Positions 29,669 to 45,023 are shown, numbered from the stretch's first letter. The stretch: DNA of 64,000 nucleotides from Octopus vulgaris (GCA_951406725.2 OX597832.1:64418001-64482000), one strand, 5' to 3'. Program-made: numbers and translations. Notes: a model not told the origin generated them from the letters alone.

Positions 29669-29908
29669 GTTCTATATTTAAGAGATGAGGAATTATGTAC
29701 ATCATTTACATTATTTACAATTGACTAATATTTGTCCTCATCTTGTTTGTTGTTAACACAACGTTGCGGTTGATATACCCTCCAGCCTTCATCAGGTTCG
29801 AAATTTCCCCAAGACACCTGATGAAGGTTGGAGGGTACATCAGCCGAAACATTGTATTAACAGCAAAAAAGATGAGGACAAATATCCGACAAATGTAAAT
29901 AATGTAAA
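29669..29908 (-). mobile_element. Palindromic PLE-like module with mirrored hammerheads
   Basis: Arms about 29705-29797 / 29816-29908. The + strand reads gacac-CTGATGA-a-ggttg...cagcc-GAAA-cattgt. Lies in (TA)n and belongs to the same family as 63500-63652. Confidence 0.75.
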
Positions 29909-30049
29909 CATATATATATATATAGAATGGTTGTTCACGTTAGATTGACAGTATACAACCATTCTATCGCCCCACCACCGTACATATCTCTATGAGAGAT
30001 TTAGAAATTTAAATATAATGTGGGTGTGTGTATATTTTTATCTGTCACT

Positions 30050-30540
30050 TTTAGACAACCGGTACTGGTTTGTTTACGTCACTTAGCGGTTCTGCATGAG
30101 AAACCGATAGAATAAATACTAGGCATAAAGATATGAGCACCGGGGTAGATTCGTGTAGTAAAACTACTTGAAGTTGATGCCCCAACCTGGTCTCAGTCCA
30201 ATGAATGAAACAGGTAAAGGATAAAATATACATCAATTAAATGACGGACTCTTTATATAATGCCGTTGCATGCTTAGGAAAAGAAAACTATGATTGGATG
30301 TTTACGGTTGGAACGACATCAATTATTGATTTAGCATGTCAGAGCAGATCTGAGACAAAAGAACATCAATAAAACCAAAATCGTGAATATAATCGAGTGT
30401 TACGAAGTTTGTTTCTCAAATAAATTGCTCTGGATTCAGTCCCACTGCGTGGGACCTTGAGCAACTGACTTCCACTATAGCTTCAGGCCGGCCAAAGTAA
30501 ATTTGCTAGACGGAAACTGAAAGAAGCTCGTCGTATGAAT
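30050..30540 (+). mobile_element. SINE family A fragments (3' half 30050-30225; head 30395-30540)
   Basis: By-eye similarity to 27967-28365. Confidence 0.7.
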
Positions 30541-31366
30541 ATTAATCTATCTTGTGGGAACCTTTCTTGAGTTCATTCTTATTATTTTGGAAAGGTAACG
30601 TGCAAGGGTTACACATTGAAAATATGTGATATTTCCAGCAGTAGAACTTTGGATTTTTTACCAAAGTAAAAGATATGTAGCGGACATAAAACAACCCCGC
30701 CCACAAAAAATACTAAGCACAAGAGTGGAATTATTCGTCTAAACCCGCGAGAGCGGTGCCACTGTATGGCTGCAGTCCAATAACTGAAGCAAACGTAAAA
30801 TGGAACATATAGGGTTTTTGGTCAAGAATGGAATTCTCTTTCCTGAGGAATTCAAGAGAAGAATTTTAAGGAGTAAAATTGCCGCCGAATAACGAAAGTC
30901 GTGAAAGTGTCGGACGGAGTCTCTTGCGATATTAGTTCTAGTCTTCTGCCATTCAAAAGCTGCTGGTGTTGAATTCTGCTATAATTCCTCCAGGGTTCAA
31001 GGATAAAAATAGCACTCAAATACAGCAAATCTATCTCTCCCCTTCACTATTTCTCAGGTAGGATAAAGAGGATTGGGTTAGACGTCGCGTAAATTCAACT
31101 CAGAATTCACAGAATCGACACAACGCAATGTATTTGCTTAGATGCTCTAAAAACGTTTTAAATTCGGTATCGTATATTTAGCAACACGTTGAAAGAACTT
31201 CTCATGTTGCTTAAAGTATTGTGGACATGAAGCAAAAAACAAAACAAAAAAACCCCAGGAAAGTATACTAGCTCTTCGAACATTTGGAAGCAATTGCACA
31301 AAGAACAGACCTTTAAACACGAGGAACTACCTCCGTTCGTTTGTTGATGTATGTGTGTGTGTGTGC

Positions 31367-31398
<32 letters not shown>

Positions 31399-32383
31399 GA
31401 TCGAAATCTCGTGGTCTCCGAGCCAGGATACAGGAAGTTGCCTCCCTACTTGTCGTTTATACGGTGTGTGAAGCGCACTGAATAGACAGCTGAGAGAGAC
31501 ATCCTCCTAGGGTTAATATAGCAGTATCGTCTGTTTTTATAGAACATCCAGGATTAGGTGGCGATAAACATCCTTATATATATTCATAATATATAATCAC
31601 ACACACACGTATAGTTTGAGAGATTGATATTTGTAAGCTTATGTTTTGTTAAGTTATACCTCGATATGTTACTATTACATAGAGTCTATATTTAGGCGGT
31701 ATTAGTGATAGATTCCAACGACTTGCAACAATAAAAGGCAAAACTAGGCACAAGAAGAATTGAAATACAACTGACTAACATGGCGTCTAACTTCTTTTCA
31801 TACATCAGATATACAGCAAAAGACATTATTGAATCTGATAATTTTGTGGCAGACATTCTACGTAGACGTATATATAGACATACGTGCGCGCGCACGCCCA
31901 CACACACACATTTGCGCTGCTACAACCACCCTTCCACCTAGTTCAATGTTGATGAAAACTCACAGGATACACCTACACCCAAACGCATGCGTGAAATAAT
32001 GCAAATGCATATACCTGCTTATGAAATACACACATACACACACACATTCGCAGACACGTTAACTAGAGATAAAAGTAAACACCTATGGTATCTGGCGCGC
32101 GCAAACACATACGTGAATACAAAGAAACACAGCCACACAAACAAACAGGGCACCCACACACAAGTACAGGGAGAAAAAAGAAAAATCGAACACACCCACA
32201 TACAACAGAAAAGAACTACAGGAGAAGAAACCTGAAAACAAAACAAAAACATAGGAACACTTAATGTTGGCGTACACGTGTGTGAGAATATACGAACAGG
32301 AGAGTTAACGCTTAGATCGTATGTGCATGTGAACATTTCTGTGTTTGTCTCTCTCTCTCTCTCTCTCATATATATGTATATAC

Positions 32384-32441
<58 letters not shown>

Positions 32442-32770
32442 AATGTATGTATGTGAGTGTCTTTGTCTTTTCGTAACGCCAGCAAATCCAGCAGGCCTGT
32501 GTAATGTTTATATAGATCAGGAACCGTGTTTAGTTAGACATACAATGAACACAGCTATGTGTGTACATAATTACGTGCACACAATGTATATGTATCCTTT
32601 TCTTTCTTTCTTTCTTTCTTCTTTTTTCTTTGTTTCTTTCTTTCTCACTCTGTATATGCATAACTGTATATGTACATATACGTATATAACATATGAATAT
32701 GTTTGCGTCGGTGTTAGCTTATACATGCATAGATACATACATATACATAAGTACATACATACATACGTAC

Positions 32771-32837
<67 letters not shown>

Positions 32838-32956
32838 CCTATCTACATATAGAAATACATATATATATAATTTATATATAATGTATATACATTATATATA
32901 CAAATATATGTAAATGTGTAGAAAGTCATATCCATAAACATATATATATAGTCATG

Positions 32957-33002
<46 letters not shown>

Positions 33003-33409
33003 CTCGTATATACATATGCAAATGTATATATGCGTATACACGTAGAGACTTGACGTAAAAATTTGCTGTCAACACTAAAAATAAAACGAAGAATAACAAT
33101 AACAACAATGAGTGGAATAATCAATTCTTTTAAGTATTCGATCATTGCAATCGAATACAGGCCTTTATTTTTACAGTGGTTATAGACAAGAATAGTTTGG
33201 AATATGATCGATTTTGGTTATACAGGATACATCACCTGCCATAAGCATTAAATTCTAGGCAGAAAAACATCCGGCACCATATTGGCAGAAAATAACTGTT
33301 ACGCTATTTATGTCATTTTTTTCTTATTTTATATATATATTTTTGATTCTGTATTTTGTTTTTCTTTTTCTATTCAGTATTATTATTATTACTATTACTA
33401 TTATTATTA

Positions 33410-33469
<60 letters not shown>

Positions 33470-34211
33470 CTTTTGTGTTATTCTGTGTTAAACTTTTGTT
33501 TTTTACTTTATATATACATACATATAAGTTTCGTCCATATTTTATTTATTTGATATATATTATTTTCGGCATTTTTTATGTGTGGTCTTGTGTGTGTGTG
33601 TGTGTGTTTTTTTTTTATCAGGTTGATAGTTTTGCTTTGTAAAATTTTTTTAATTTCCTTTTCATATTCCAGAAAAATAGAATGACTGAAAATACACAGA
33701 CGTGCGCACAGGGATAGCACAATATATAGAAAAATACAACAAAAAGTGCTGTGTTTGTTGTTTTTGTATATATAAATGCATAATTTACATATATTTGTGT
33801 GTGCGTGTTTGAGTGTTAAATAAATATGGTATATTTTGCTTATATATATACATATATCATAAATATATGTATAACGTTTTCCTATATAAAAGACCCCATA
33901 CACTCAATACATACCAACACACACACACAGATACACACACACACGCACACACACACACATATATTACATATAAAACACTTGTAACAACGTATATCAACAT
34001 ATACGCATACTGAGTATGTAGATATATATGTATAACGTCTGATATATATTTATGTGTATATATATGTACATATATATATTTATATACACATACATACATA
34101 TTTATATATGTATATATATATATCAATTTGTATGTGTATATATATATGTATACATCTATGTATATGTATATATGTATATATATGTGTATGTATATATATG
34201 TATATATAAGA

Positions 34212-34262
<51 letters not shown>

Positions 34263-34316
34263 GGGAAAGTACTTTTGGTAACAAACACGTGTCAGGAAAC
34301 GAATCAAATGTCATTC

Positions 34317-34359
<43 letters not shown>

Positions 34360-34542
34360 TAAATTATAGTAGGGCTGACGTGTCTCTCTGTCCCTCTACG
34401 GTAACTCGCAAATGTATGTTGTGTCTTTGATAATGTGATCACAACAACAATAAATTAAACTCTGAGTAAGCATAAGGAATCCAAAACAACTAGCTCCATA
34501 CTTATTCTGTACCGAGGATTTACCCTGCCGTTTCCTAACAGT

Positions 34543-34617
<75 letters not shown>

Positions 34618-34888
34618 ACAAACGAACACACGTTTTTCTCAAATATGAAATACGAAATGATATAAAATTCGAAGATTGTGAACAATATAAGAAATAAAAT
34701 AAATGTACTGGATTTATTTTACAACGTTTTTTTATGTAAAGAATCGTTTGAAATTTACAAAAATGAGTAAATTTAAGATGTATGTAATGGGGAAAAAATA
34801 TATTCAAATATTTATTTTCTATATATTTTCAATAACGCAAAATATACTGCAGCCATGTTTTATTGTATGTGTGTATGTATATACATGC

Positions 34889-34921
<33 letters not shown>

Positions 34922-36494
34922 TGTATGTATGTATGTATGTTTGTATGTATGTATGTATGTATGTATGTATGTATGTATGTATGTATGTATATGTGTGTGT
35001 GTGCTTATGTATGTTTGTTTGTATGTAGGTATATATTTTTGTAAGCACGTATGGTGGCATTGGAAAATCTTTGAAAATATATCCATACTCAGGAGAAATG
35101 CAATGGCGTCGCAGCATATTGCGTTTCTTTTCTTTTTAATGTTAGCACCTACCGTATTGAGATATCGAATGACAAGCATTTTCGTGAAATGGTATTTAAC
35201 ACAACGTTTATAGTTACACACTTGCATGTGTGAGTATATCTATACCTATGTTTGCGTGTGTGTATAGATATGCATTGAAATACATATACACATATATATT
35301 ATATATTTTATATATATTTATCTATAATATATATATATATTATGTATATTTATATCTTGTGAGATATAGAGAGATTGTAAGAGGAAGAGGGAAAGGGAAA
35401 CAGAGAGAGAGAGAGAGGGGGGAGGGGGAGAGAGAAATGGGGGACGTAGTGAAGTGTTATTGACAAGGTTCAAATACAGAATCGAAACGATAAGACAGGG
35501 AAAGGAATTGAAAAAAAACAGTACAAGCAAACACTAAATGAATACAAATGAAAAAATTTCATGAGGATTCTTCGATAAGGTTGAATATTTAGATAAATCG
35601 ATGTCATCTAGAAATGAGTGCAATTGCCAATGTATGTTGTTTGTGCTGTTTGATAAGATCATAATGGCTGTTGAAAAAAATATTTGTGGTAAATATTACA
35701 ATCAGCCGTCACTTTCGTGCAAGTAAGTGTTGGTAGCTCGCAACATGCTTTAAATGACTGCTGTGGTGCTCAGATCTTAGCGACCCAGCATGAAGACCTT
35801 TTTGCTGTCTTTTGTCCGAGGTCAAGGGGGCAAGCAGGATGCAGCAGCCAGTGAACAAGAGAAAGAGGGAGGAACAGAGAGAGAGAGAGAGAAGGAGGAA
35901 AAAAGAGAGAGTATCTGTGAATTACCCCATCAGCTAGTTCTCATTTACAGCTGAATAACTTGCAGCAGTCTGAGGTACCCTGCTGAAGGTTCAATGTGCT
36001 ATTCGTTCCAGGAATGGAACTAACGACCTTGTGTCTATGTCCTGGTCTCATCATTTAGCCACGCACATACACAGGTGTATAAAAGTGAAATGATAGAATT
36101 CACTTGGCATTGAGATTCGAACCAAACTAAGCATACGTAGTTGAATCAGCGTTAGCCATTGTGCTGAGGGGTTTCCTTGCTGACTGTTCTGAGATATCTT
36201 GCTTTATTCGAGGTCCAGCTAAACTTACATTTGTATAAAAAAATTCCAGGTAAGCAGTGTGCAGCTGTTCTAATCCGCAGTTTCATATTTTGTTTAATTT
36301 TCGGTTTTGAACAATGGGTCATATCTCTCATTCTAGGTTTGCGTAATTTAATGTGAGGGTTTCACAGTGTAGGCGTGTGTCCACGTTTCTTAGTGTATTT
36401 ATATCCACATATATGCATTTGATATGTCCGTGCAAATATCTGAGTGTATAAATAATAATTAAATATGTGTGTATATATACATACATTTGCTATT

Positions 36495-36541
<47 letters not shown>

Positions 36542-37844
36542 ACATATAAATGTATATTTAACACAAACACACACATACATACACACACACACTTAGTCAT
36601 CATTATTTGTTTATTTGTGTGTATGTGTATTTCCTTTTTATAACTTGCCAATACTTTTTAATACTTCCATTTCCGTATTTCTTGTATTAGGATTCCTTTA
36701 TAGTTATATTTTTTCACTTTAGAAACAAAGGTTCTTGAGGCTAGGCTTAGGACATTGACTTCAAAAAATTAAAAGCAGAGCCACAAAAACGAAAACACCA
36801 GAAAAATAACAGAAATATTGGGTAGGTAGAGTTAAAAGTTTGACGTTTTAAATGCCTTCAAATCTGAGATAGATGTTGTTTTTTTTTAATCCTAACGCAA
36901 CTAGGTGACATTCCTTTCTACATTCGTCGCTATGTCTGTTCAGAATTCATTAACATCCTTTTGAGTTCGATTCAACAAATAGCCTTTTGCACTGTCGCTT
37001 GACCTGCTTGAATTTGCTGCCCAATCTGACGCTGCTGCGTTTAGGAACTAAAGAACATTAGATAATCGTATCCTAGATATATTATGCCCGCAAAGATGCA
37101 GAATTATCACGGCTTATGAACGCTTGCATTAAGTTTAAGAGAAACAAATAGGGAATGATCACCACTTTCCCTTTCTTTATTTTTCCTTAGTTACCGCCAC
37201 CCTTTTAAAATCTCTTCACTTTTCTCTTTCCTTCACCACAAAATTTTTAAATGTATTCCTTCAGTGTCATCTTAAACTTTAACATTTTCTCGTGTGCATG
37301 CTTCGGTGTTCACATAATTTTGAATATTCCGTTCACTTATTTCAACCCCATTTTAAACGACCATGATTGCAGATTGTGTGTCGCAGAGAAATGTCACATT
37401 TTGATTCAATATGTCAAACAGGATACCCGAAAGATTTTCTGCTTGAAAGCTCGGTAAAAAATTGTCTAGAGAATTTGACATGCAGGTCGGCTAACGTCTT
37501 CCATCATCACCGACAAGGTTCATCCGCCAAAAGCATCAGACAATTCCGCATAATAGTCAATTCATTCTTCTCACTACTTCTACGAAAATTGGGCTACTAC
37601 AGATTATTTGATATCATTCATCGCTCTCTTAAACAAGTAGCATAAACAATCTGATAATTCCAGTAGAAAATCTTCTACACGCGCGTTTCAAAAGCTTACT
37701 AGCTGATCAAAGTCGTGAAATTCGATGACTTCTGCCATTGTGAACCTTCACTTAACCTCAAATAGTGAGAGCTTTTTGTCACTTGAAGGGTTGCATTCAG
37801 CAACGGTTTCCGAGTTGAAAGAGTAAATCGTTGGCCCCACATAA

Positions 37845-37992
37845 TCTTTTCTATTATACGCACAAGGTTTGAAATTTTAGGGAAGAGGGCTGGTCGATAA
37901 CATCAACTCCAGTATTCAACTGGTACTTACTTTATCGACCCTGAAAGCGTGTAAGTCAAAGTCAACCACGGCGAAATTTGACTTCAGAACGT
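37845..37992 (-). mobile_element. SINE family B, partial
   Basis: Reverse-complemented core ctggtactta.tttatcgaccctgaaag...aaagtcaacc.cggcgaaatttga. Confidence 0.8.
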
Positions 37993-37995
37993 GAG

Positions 37996-38040
<45 letters not shown>

Positions 38041-38379
38041 TAGAATAAGAGCATGGAACACTCAGAGGCAGTAACTCTGAATCTCACGGTAGCACTGGAT
38101 ATGTTTTTATCCGATTTACAGCAACCGTTCGTAAGCTGTCAGGTATATCTATTAAAGGAAAAAGCATGTGTTCTACGCTTGTATTCCAAATTTCATACTG
38201 ACCTCTATGTCAACGACATTAAGGTCTTCTTTTGTTGTCATGTAAGTGATTGTTCTGTATGTATGTATATATAAAAATGTGTGTGTGCGTGTGTGTTTTC
38301 AAGTTTAGAAAGCTATTCTAGCCAGTCAACAGGTCACATAAACTGCTCTGCTATCCTGTGTCAATATTTCCAGTAACTG

Positions 38380-38810
38380 AAGCGGCGAGCTGGCAGATAC
38401 GTTAGCACGCCGGGCGAAATGCTTAGCGATATTTCGCCTGCCGTTACGTTCTGAGTTCCAATTCCGCTGAGGTCGCTATGCCTTTCATCCTTTCGGGGTC
38501 GGTAAATTAAGTACCAGTTAGGCACTGGGGTCGATGTAATCGGCTTAATCCCTTTGTCTGTCCTTGTTTGTCCCCTCTATGTTTAGCGCCTTGTAGGCAA
38601 TAAAGAAATAAGAAACGTTAGCACGCTGGGCGAAATGCTTAGCGATATTTCGTCTGTCTTTACGTTCTGAATTCAAATTCTTCCGAGATCGACCTTACCT
38701 TTCATCCTTTCGGGGTCGATAAATTAGGTACCAGTTGCATACTGGGGTCGATCTAATCGACTGGCTCTCTCCCCCCAAATTACGGACTTTGTGCCTAGAG
38801 TAGAAAAGAA
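38380..38810 (+). mobile_element. SINE family B, dimeric, relatively young
   Basis: gcggcgagctggcaga..cgttagcacgccgggcgaaatgcttagcg occurs at 38382 and again at about 38615. Confidence 0.92.
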
Positions 38811-39289
38811 TATTTCCTGTAACTAGGTCACTGAGTCACTTCTACTGCACCTGTTTGAAATTGTGAACAGTCAGTTCATATAGTACAGTGTTTTCTTTCA
38901 ACCTTTGCTGTTGAACATAGGAACAGATAAATTTTGTAAAACCATGTAAACTGAATGTAACCACGTGACATAGATCATTTGTCAGTCAATGTTAGTTACA
39001 CGAATCTCCATTTATTTCTTGTTAGCCAGATTGTGTATATCGTTCTCGTCATTGTTTTGTTAATTTTCTTCTTTTCTGATCTTGAAGGTTAGTTTTGAAT
39101 TTAGTTCCACAGCAATATAAAGAAAACACCTTGACTCGGCAATCGGGAGTTTCTATAACGGTATACTGGCTTAAATGAAAAATGCGCGTTTATATTTATT
39201 ATTATAAAAAATTTCATTATATACAGGAAATAATAAGTTTGGTGTGAGTATATGAAACTCTCTTTCTTAACAACCTCATGGTTTTCCAC

Positions 39290-39451
39290 AGGGCGGTGCT
39301 TTGGGCAAGTGTTTTCTACTATAACTCTGGATCGACCAAAATTTGAGAGTGAATTTGATAGACGGAAACTGTAGCCCGCCTCTCACTCCCTTTCGTACGC
39401 ACGCACACACCCACTCCCATGCATACACAGGCATACACACACACGCACACC

Positions 39452-39513
<62 letters not shown>

Positions 39514-39730
39514 TGAATATATGGGTGTTTGTACTCCCGCTACGACTACTGCATGACAAACGTTGTTGGCTTATGTCCCCATAGCTAAGTGGTTCGTTGA
39601 AAAACACCGACAGTATAAATAGCAGACTTTGAAAAATAAGTACCGGGGTCGATTTGTTCGATTAAACCCTTTGAGGCGGTGCCCCAGCATGGCCGGAGTC
39701 AAATGACTGAAACAATTAAAAGATAAAAGA
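39290..39730 (+). mobile_element. SINE family A with expanded internal microsatellite
   Basis: Head (ttgggcaagtgttttctactata) and tail (gcggtgccccagcatggccggagtcaaatgactgaaac) are both recognisable. Confidence 0.8.
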
Positions 39731-40887
39731 TGTCGTTTAATGACAGTGTGTTTCAATTGTAAACACTTTCCTGGGAGAATTCACATTCTTGAAATAATCG
39801 GTAAAAGTCTAAGGAGATTCTTTTATGAAGTAAGTATATCAAACAAAAACACGGAAATAGAATAACAAAAATCTATTTTCCCTCGTTATGAAAAGGAAGC
39901 ACTTCTTGTGTGAAGAATGTTTAAAGGACGCCATGTTAATAGAGAAAAAATACCATCTTTTGCAGATTATTGATATTTCAAATATCACATACTTATATCT
40001 GTTTAATGCAATGTAATATAAGTTAAATAGATTAAAGTATGAGATATTTTGTATATCAAATATACTGGAAAAGATGATATTTTTTGTCTATTTTAATGAG
40101 GTTTCTAAAAATACATAAATACATAGACATATATATATCTGTGTGTGTGTGTGTAAGTGTGTGCGTGTCTGTGCGTTTGTGTGCAAATATATTTGTATAT
40201 AGACGCAGGTTGTCTCGCTATACACTCGCCTACGTACGCAAACACATACGTCAACAAGTGTGTGAGTATATATATGTATACATATATGTACATATATACA
40301 TACACACACACTATAATCATATGTATGTGCATGTATATAAAGTCTAGATCTTGAATATATATAGTTATACATGACTTATGTATGTTTCAAAGGAAAAAAA
40401 CTCCCATTTTGAATGAAGTCTAAGAAGAGAGAATACGATTTATTAATGAGATATTTCTTATACATACATACATACATACATATATATATACATATATATA
40501 TACATATATATATGCGCGCGCGTGTGTGTGCGTGTGTGTGTGTGCCGCATAGAGACAATGTTGTATGTGTACGCACACACTTCAAAGTTTCTTCATAACC
40601 ACATACGCACGAATAGCGTAGACTAAATCTATAACTACGCACATTTCTGCATATTTATGAATGTCTAGGCAAAATGATATACATACATTTACACTTACAT
40701 ATACACACACATACACAAATATATACATATACTGTCAGTGTGCATAAACACTATTTTTGGTGATTCCAATAATAGTTTACTTCCGATAGTAAATAGAGGT
40801 GGTAAGGATGTATGCGGAATAATTCTAAATTCTAGGTTTTGTTAATACGAAAATAGAACATGTACACACACACACACACACACACAC

Positions 40888-40983
<96 letters not shown>

Positions 40984-41013
40984 CATGTATATATATACGT
41001 ATATATATATACG

Positions 41014-41045
<32 letters not shown>

Positions 41046-41060
41046 TATATATGTATAAAC

Positions 41061-41091
<31 letters not shown>

Positions 41092-41454
41092 TAAGTACAT
41101 ACATATATATATACATACATAGATATATAGAGATTCGTATATATATATATACATAGATATAAGAGATTCGTAAGTACACGGAAATTTGGTATATGAATTC
41201 TATAAATAACACAATTGCTATGTGTGTGCGTGTGTGTGTGTGCGTTTATGTGTGTGTGTGTGTGTATGTGTGTGATTCTATAGTGTACATTCTGCTGATT
41301 ATATGCATGCTTTTTACCATCTTTTTGTCATTTCTTTCTTTTTCATTCTTTAAGAATTTGCGTTTCCATTTGAACATTTGTGCAAATGTTTCATTTCGGA
41401 GTTTATACTTAAATGCTTTGTGTGCTTATTCTCATTTGATAATATGTAACCAAT

Positions 41455-41489
<35 letters not shown>

Positions 41490-41501
41490 TAATATCATTG
41501 C

Positions 41502-41544
<43 letters not shown>

Positions 41545-42593
41545 GATTGAAGGAATCCGACTGATTTTTATCTCTTGAAAATATCTGGTTTAAAGCCAAA
41601 TCCTGAAGGTAGAAAAAAATCACCAATAAAACAAAAAACACGAACACACACAAAAAAGCCTCCTCGTTTTCCTCTGTCTTCTCTGCTTTGCTACTTTCTA
41701 TGAGATGTCTCTCGACTGCTGCCAGCAAACTGCCGAAAGCTTTCGGGACGGAATTAATATATTGCGTGTATTAGTTATTTTATTTCTATTTTTTTGGTAC
41801 CGTTATATTTCTAAATGTAGAGCCTGTCTCATGGCTTTTTGCCCGGGTTTTATATCTTTTATACGCTTTTCATACTCTTTCTATTTTTACAGTTATTGTC
41901 TTTGATTTTGTTTTTGTTCTGGAAATTATTTTCATTTTCATTAAAATATATATCTTTAAATTTTTGTCTTTTGACCTAGAAAAAAATGTCCCCGGGCTGA
42001 AACTCTTAAGAATTAAGTTATAGCCAATAATATCCACTCTTACAAAATATCGGAATGTTATTTATTTCATTGACCTGAAAAGAACAAATATATATTTGAC
42101 CTTGGTGAAATTTGAACTCAAAAACCGAAACTACATATTGCCTGCGAAAGAACGCCTGATTATATAACTTGGTGTCATGGTAGAACTCTTTAAACTATAG
42201 CTAATGAAATATAAATTGTGGCTTTCACTCCCACTGAGCGGCGCTTTCGGCAAATGTCTGCCAATATAGCTCCGGGCCGACCAATGCTATGTCGGTAAAT
42301 TTGGTTAACGGAATCTGTCGCAGTCCGAGGTTGGCCATGACTAAACACTACTCCTTCTTTGATATATGTATATAAGTTCCTTTGATACAAGAAATGATGT
42401 CGAACGATAGCCATTCTGATGATGCCTGCTGAGGCAAAAAAATAGAGTGACGTCTTTCCTCTTACATCCAGAAATAAACCTGTCATTTCACCCAGTGACG
42501 CATCAGCTTTGGAGAAAACTTTTTTCATGAGGTTATCTTCCCTTCTGAAGTGGAGCTGGTCTCAAATTGCAATTGTGGCATCCGCTAAAGGCG

Positions 42594-42640
<47 letters not shown>

Positions 42641-42643
<3 letters not shown>

Positions 42644-42801
42644 GGTCCCGGGTTGAGTCGGGGTTAACCACAGTAAATAAGGTACTCAATACATAGCAGA
42701 GTAAATTTATAGAAGGAGCTTCTACAGGACTAGAACTGTTTCATTCTGATGATTTCTTTTGAATGAAACAGTTCTAGTCTTGTAGAAGCTCCTTCTATAA
42801 A
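42641..42801 (-). mobile_element. Short palindromic PLE-like module, sister of 14217-14416
   Basis: Same terminus gtaggtcccgggttga.tcggggttaaccacag. Arms 42706-42746 / 42761-42801 enclose CTGATGA at 42746. Lies in (TA)n. Confidence 0.72.
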
Positions 42802-42805
42802 ATAA

Positions 42806-42856
<51 letters not shown>

Positions 42857-42864
42857 GTATGTAT

Positions 42865-43060
42865 GTGTTCTATCTGTTTGTGCCTCCACAACTTGACAAC
42901 CAGTGTTGGTTTGTTTATGTCCCCGTTACTACAATTTCCCGCATATGGCTCATACGATAAGTGCTATACCTAAATGAATACTTACAGTTTTTGAGTTGAT
43001 GGGCGGAAGGTTCCAAGACGATGCTCCAACATCACCGCAATCCAACCATAAACAAGATAA
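42865..43060 (+). mobile_element. SINE family A, 3' half, diverged
   Basis: ttgacaaccagtgttggtttgtttatgtccccg...gatgctccaacatcaccgc. A head fragment lies at 42215-42310. Confidence 0.6.
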
Positions 43061-44481
43061 ATTTCTAAAGGAAATAGTCTACATATATTTCACTGAATGA
43101 TTTTTGTTCGATGCACTGACTAATATACGCATCTCTATAATGAACTGATGATTTATAGCGTTGGCACATAGCCACATATTTTGAAAGAGTGGTATAATGG
43201 ATTATATCGATCACCCTAACACATGAATGCTACTTATTTTATCGATCTGACCAATTACGAAAGGTAAAATTGACTTTGATTTGAACTGAAAATGAAAAAA
43301 AAAATTATAATGGATCTAAATAGGTCTTCGTATTATGTTTATTTCACGAAAGATTCTCGTCGCATTCCGATGAATAAGTTTCGAAGCATTCGGGCGATGT
43401 GCTAGAAAAAGGGACTGCATCTCACAGAGATCGAGCAATATCGTCTGCTGAGGAATTACAACCGTGTTTCGTGGTCTGCTACCACAACAGCTCCTTTATA
43501 GGATCCAGTTAGCTCAAGACATCATCCGGAGGAACCACGTCCGGTTTCGGCCCCTACTCCTCTACCGTTTTGACGTGGCGCACAACAACTACAACAACAA
43601 CTACCACCACTACTACTACGATGACAGTCAAAACAGTTTCTCTTCATGAGATTACACACGCACACACTTCACACACTAGATCTCTGGAATTTTACCCGCC
43701 ATAGAATAGAATATATTTGTATGTATGTGTACCTATATATATATGCACATATGTCCCGTTGTCTCCATATATAAGAGATGACTGGATAATCATTAATAAA
43801 TGATGTCATGTTGCGTCAGATCTACATCAACCGGGTCGCTTCTTTGAATCATGAGATAATGGAGGAAATTTGGCCAGGGATTGTCCTGGCTTTATGTTGT
43901 CTTGGCGTTAGGGAAAAATGAGTGTTACGAGGCGGGGTAAAAGGGAATATAAATATAAAGAGAGGGAGATGTTGAAGAAGAAGAGAAGTATAAGAGAGTA
44001 AGGAGGAGCAGAAAAAGAAGTTGAAGAAGACTCTGAAGAGGAGAAGCTGAGGAAGAAGAAAGTGAAGGAAAAGAAGAAACTTAAGTAATTACTAAAGAAG
44101 CTGGAGAGCGAAGGAAAAGACGAAGACATGAAGAGAGATACAGGAAATAAAGAAGGATATATAATAGTATATATATATATATATATAATACTAATCACCA
44201 CGTAGGGATAAACGAAATTCTCCTCCATTTTTCTGACTATATATTTATATATGTATATATATATATATGCAAACATATATATGTGTGTGTGTATGTGTGT
44301 GTGTGTGTGGGGGGGGTATGTGTGTATGTATACACGTTATGTATAAGCATATATATTTGTTTGTATATATATATATATATGTTTGTGTGTGTGTATATAT
44401 ATGTAGGTATGTAAGTGAAAGATGTATGGTGTAACTGTATGATGTAACTCTATGACGTAACCGCGCGCGAGTATTTATGGA

Positions 44482-44526
<45 letters not shown>

Positions 44527-45023
44527 CCAAATGGTTCAACGAACTACCATAATGTAGTGAATATTTCTAAGAAGTTAAAGCGACACACCTACGAGATTTG
44601 AACTCAGAACAAATCCAATTATATTCAGCATTAAACAGATTTATTGGCTCCACATTGTAGATGACGAATTTGAATTGTATTGAAACGAAAATTGAGAGAA
44701 TGATAGATATGGAAAATAATACGCTGAAAGAAATATTGAATATAAGGGATAAAAATAATGTAAACATATTTAGGATATATCAAAGTGTAATTTTTCATAT
44801 AATTTAATATTGAAATATTAATATTTGAAAATTATATATTCCTTAGTAGTTATATAATATCAAAATATTTCAGTGATCAAAGAAACGCATGCGTTGATTC
44901 GCTTTTATTTCATGATGAGTGAGGTGTTTTTATTTGCGTAGAAGTAAAATATATATGAGATTGAAACTACAGAGACGTTTTCTGAATGATTTTAAGGCAT
45001 AAAAATGGATTTACATGGATGTA

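Noticed and set aside
37240-37830. Possible mariner N-terminal relic on the minus strand
   Set aside because: Only faint motif echoes, with no TIR or continuous frame.
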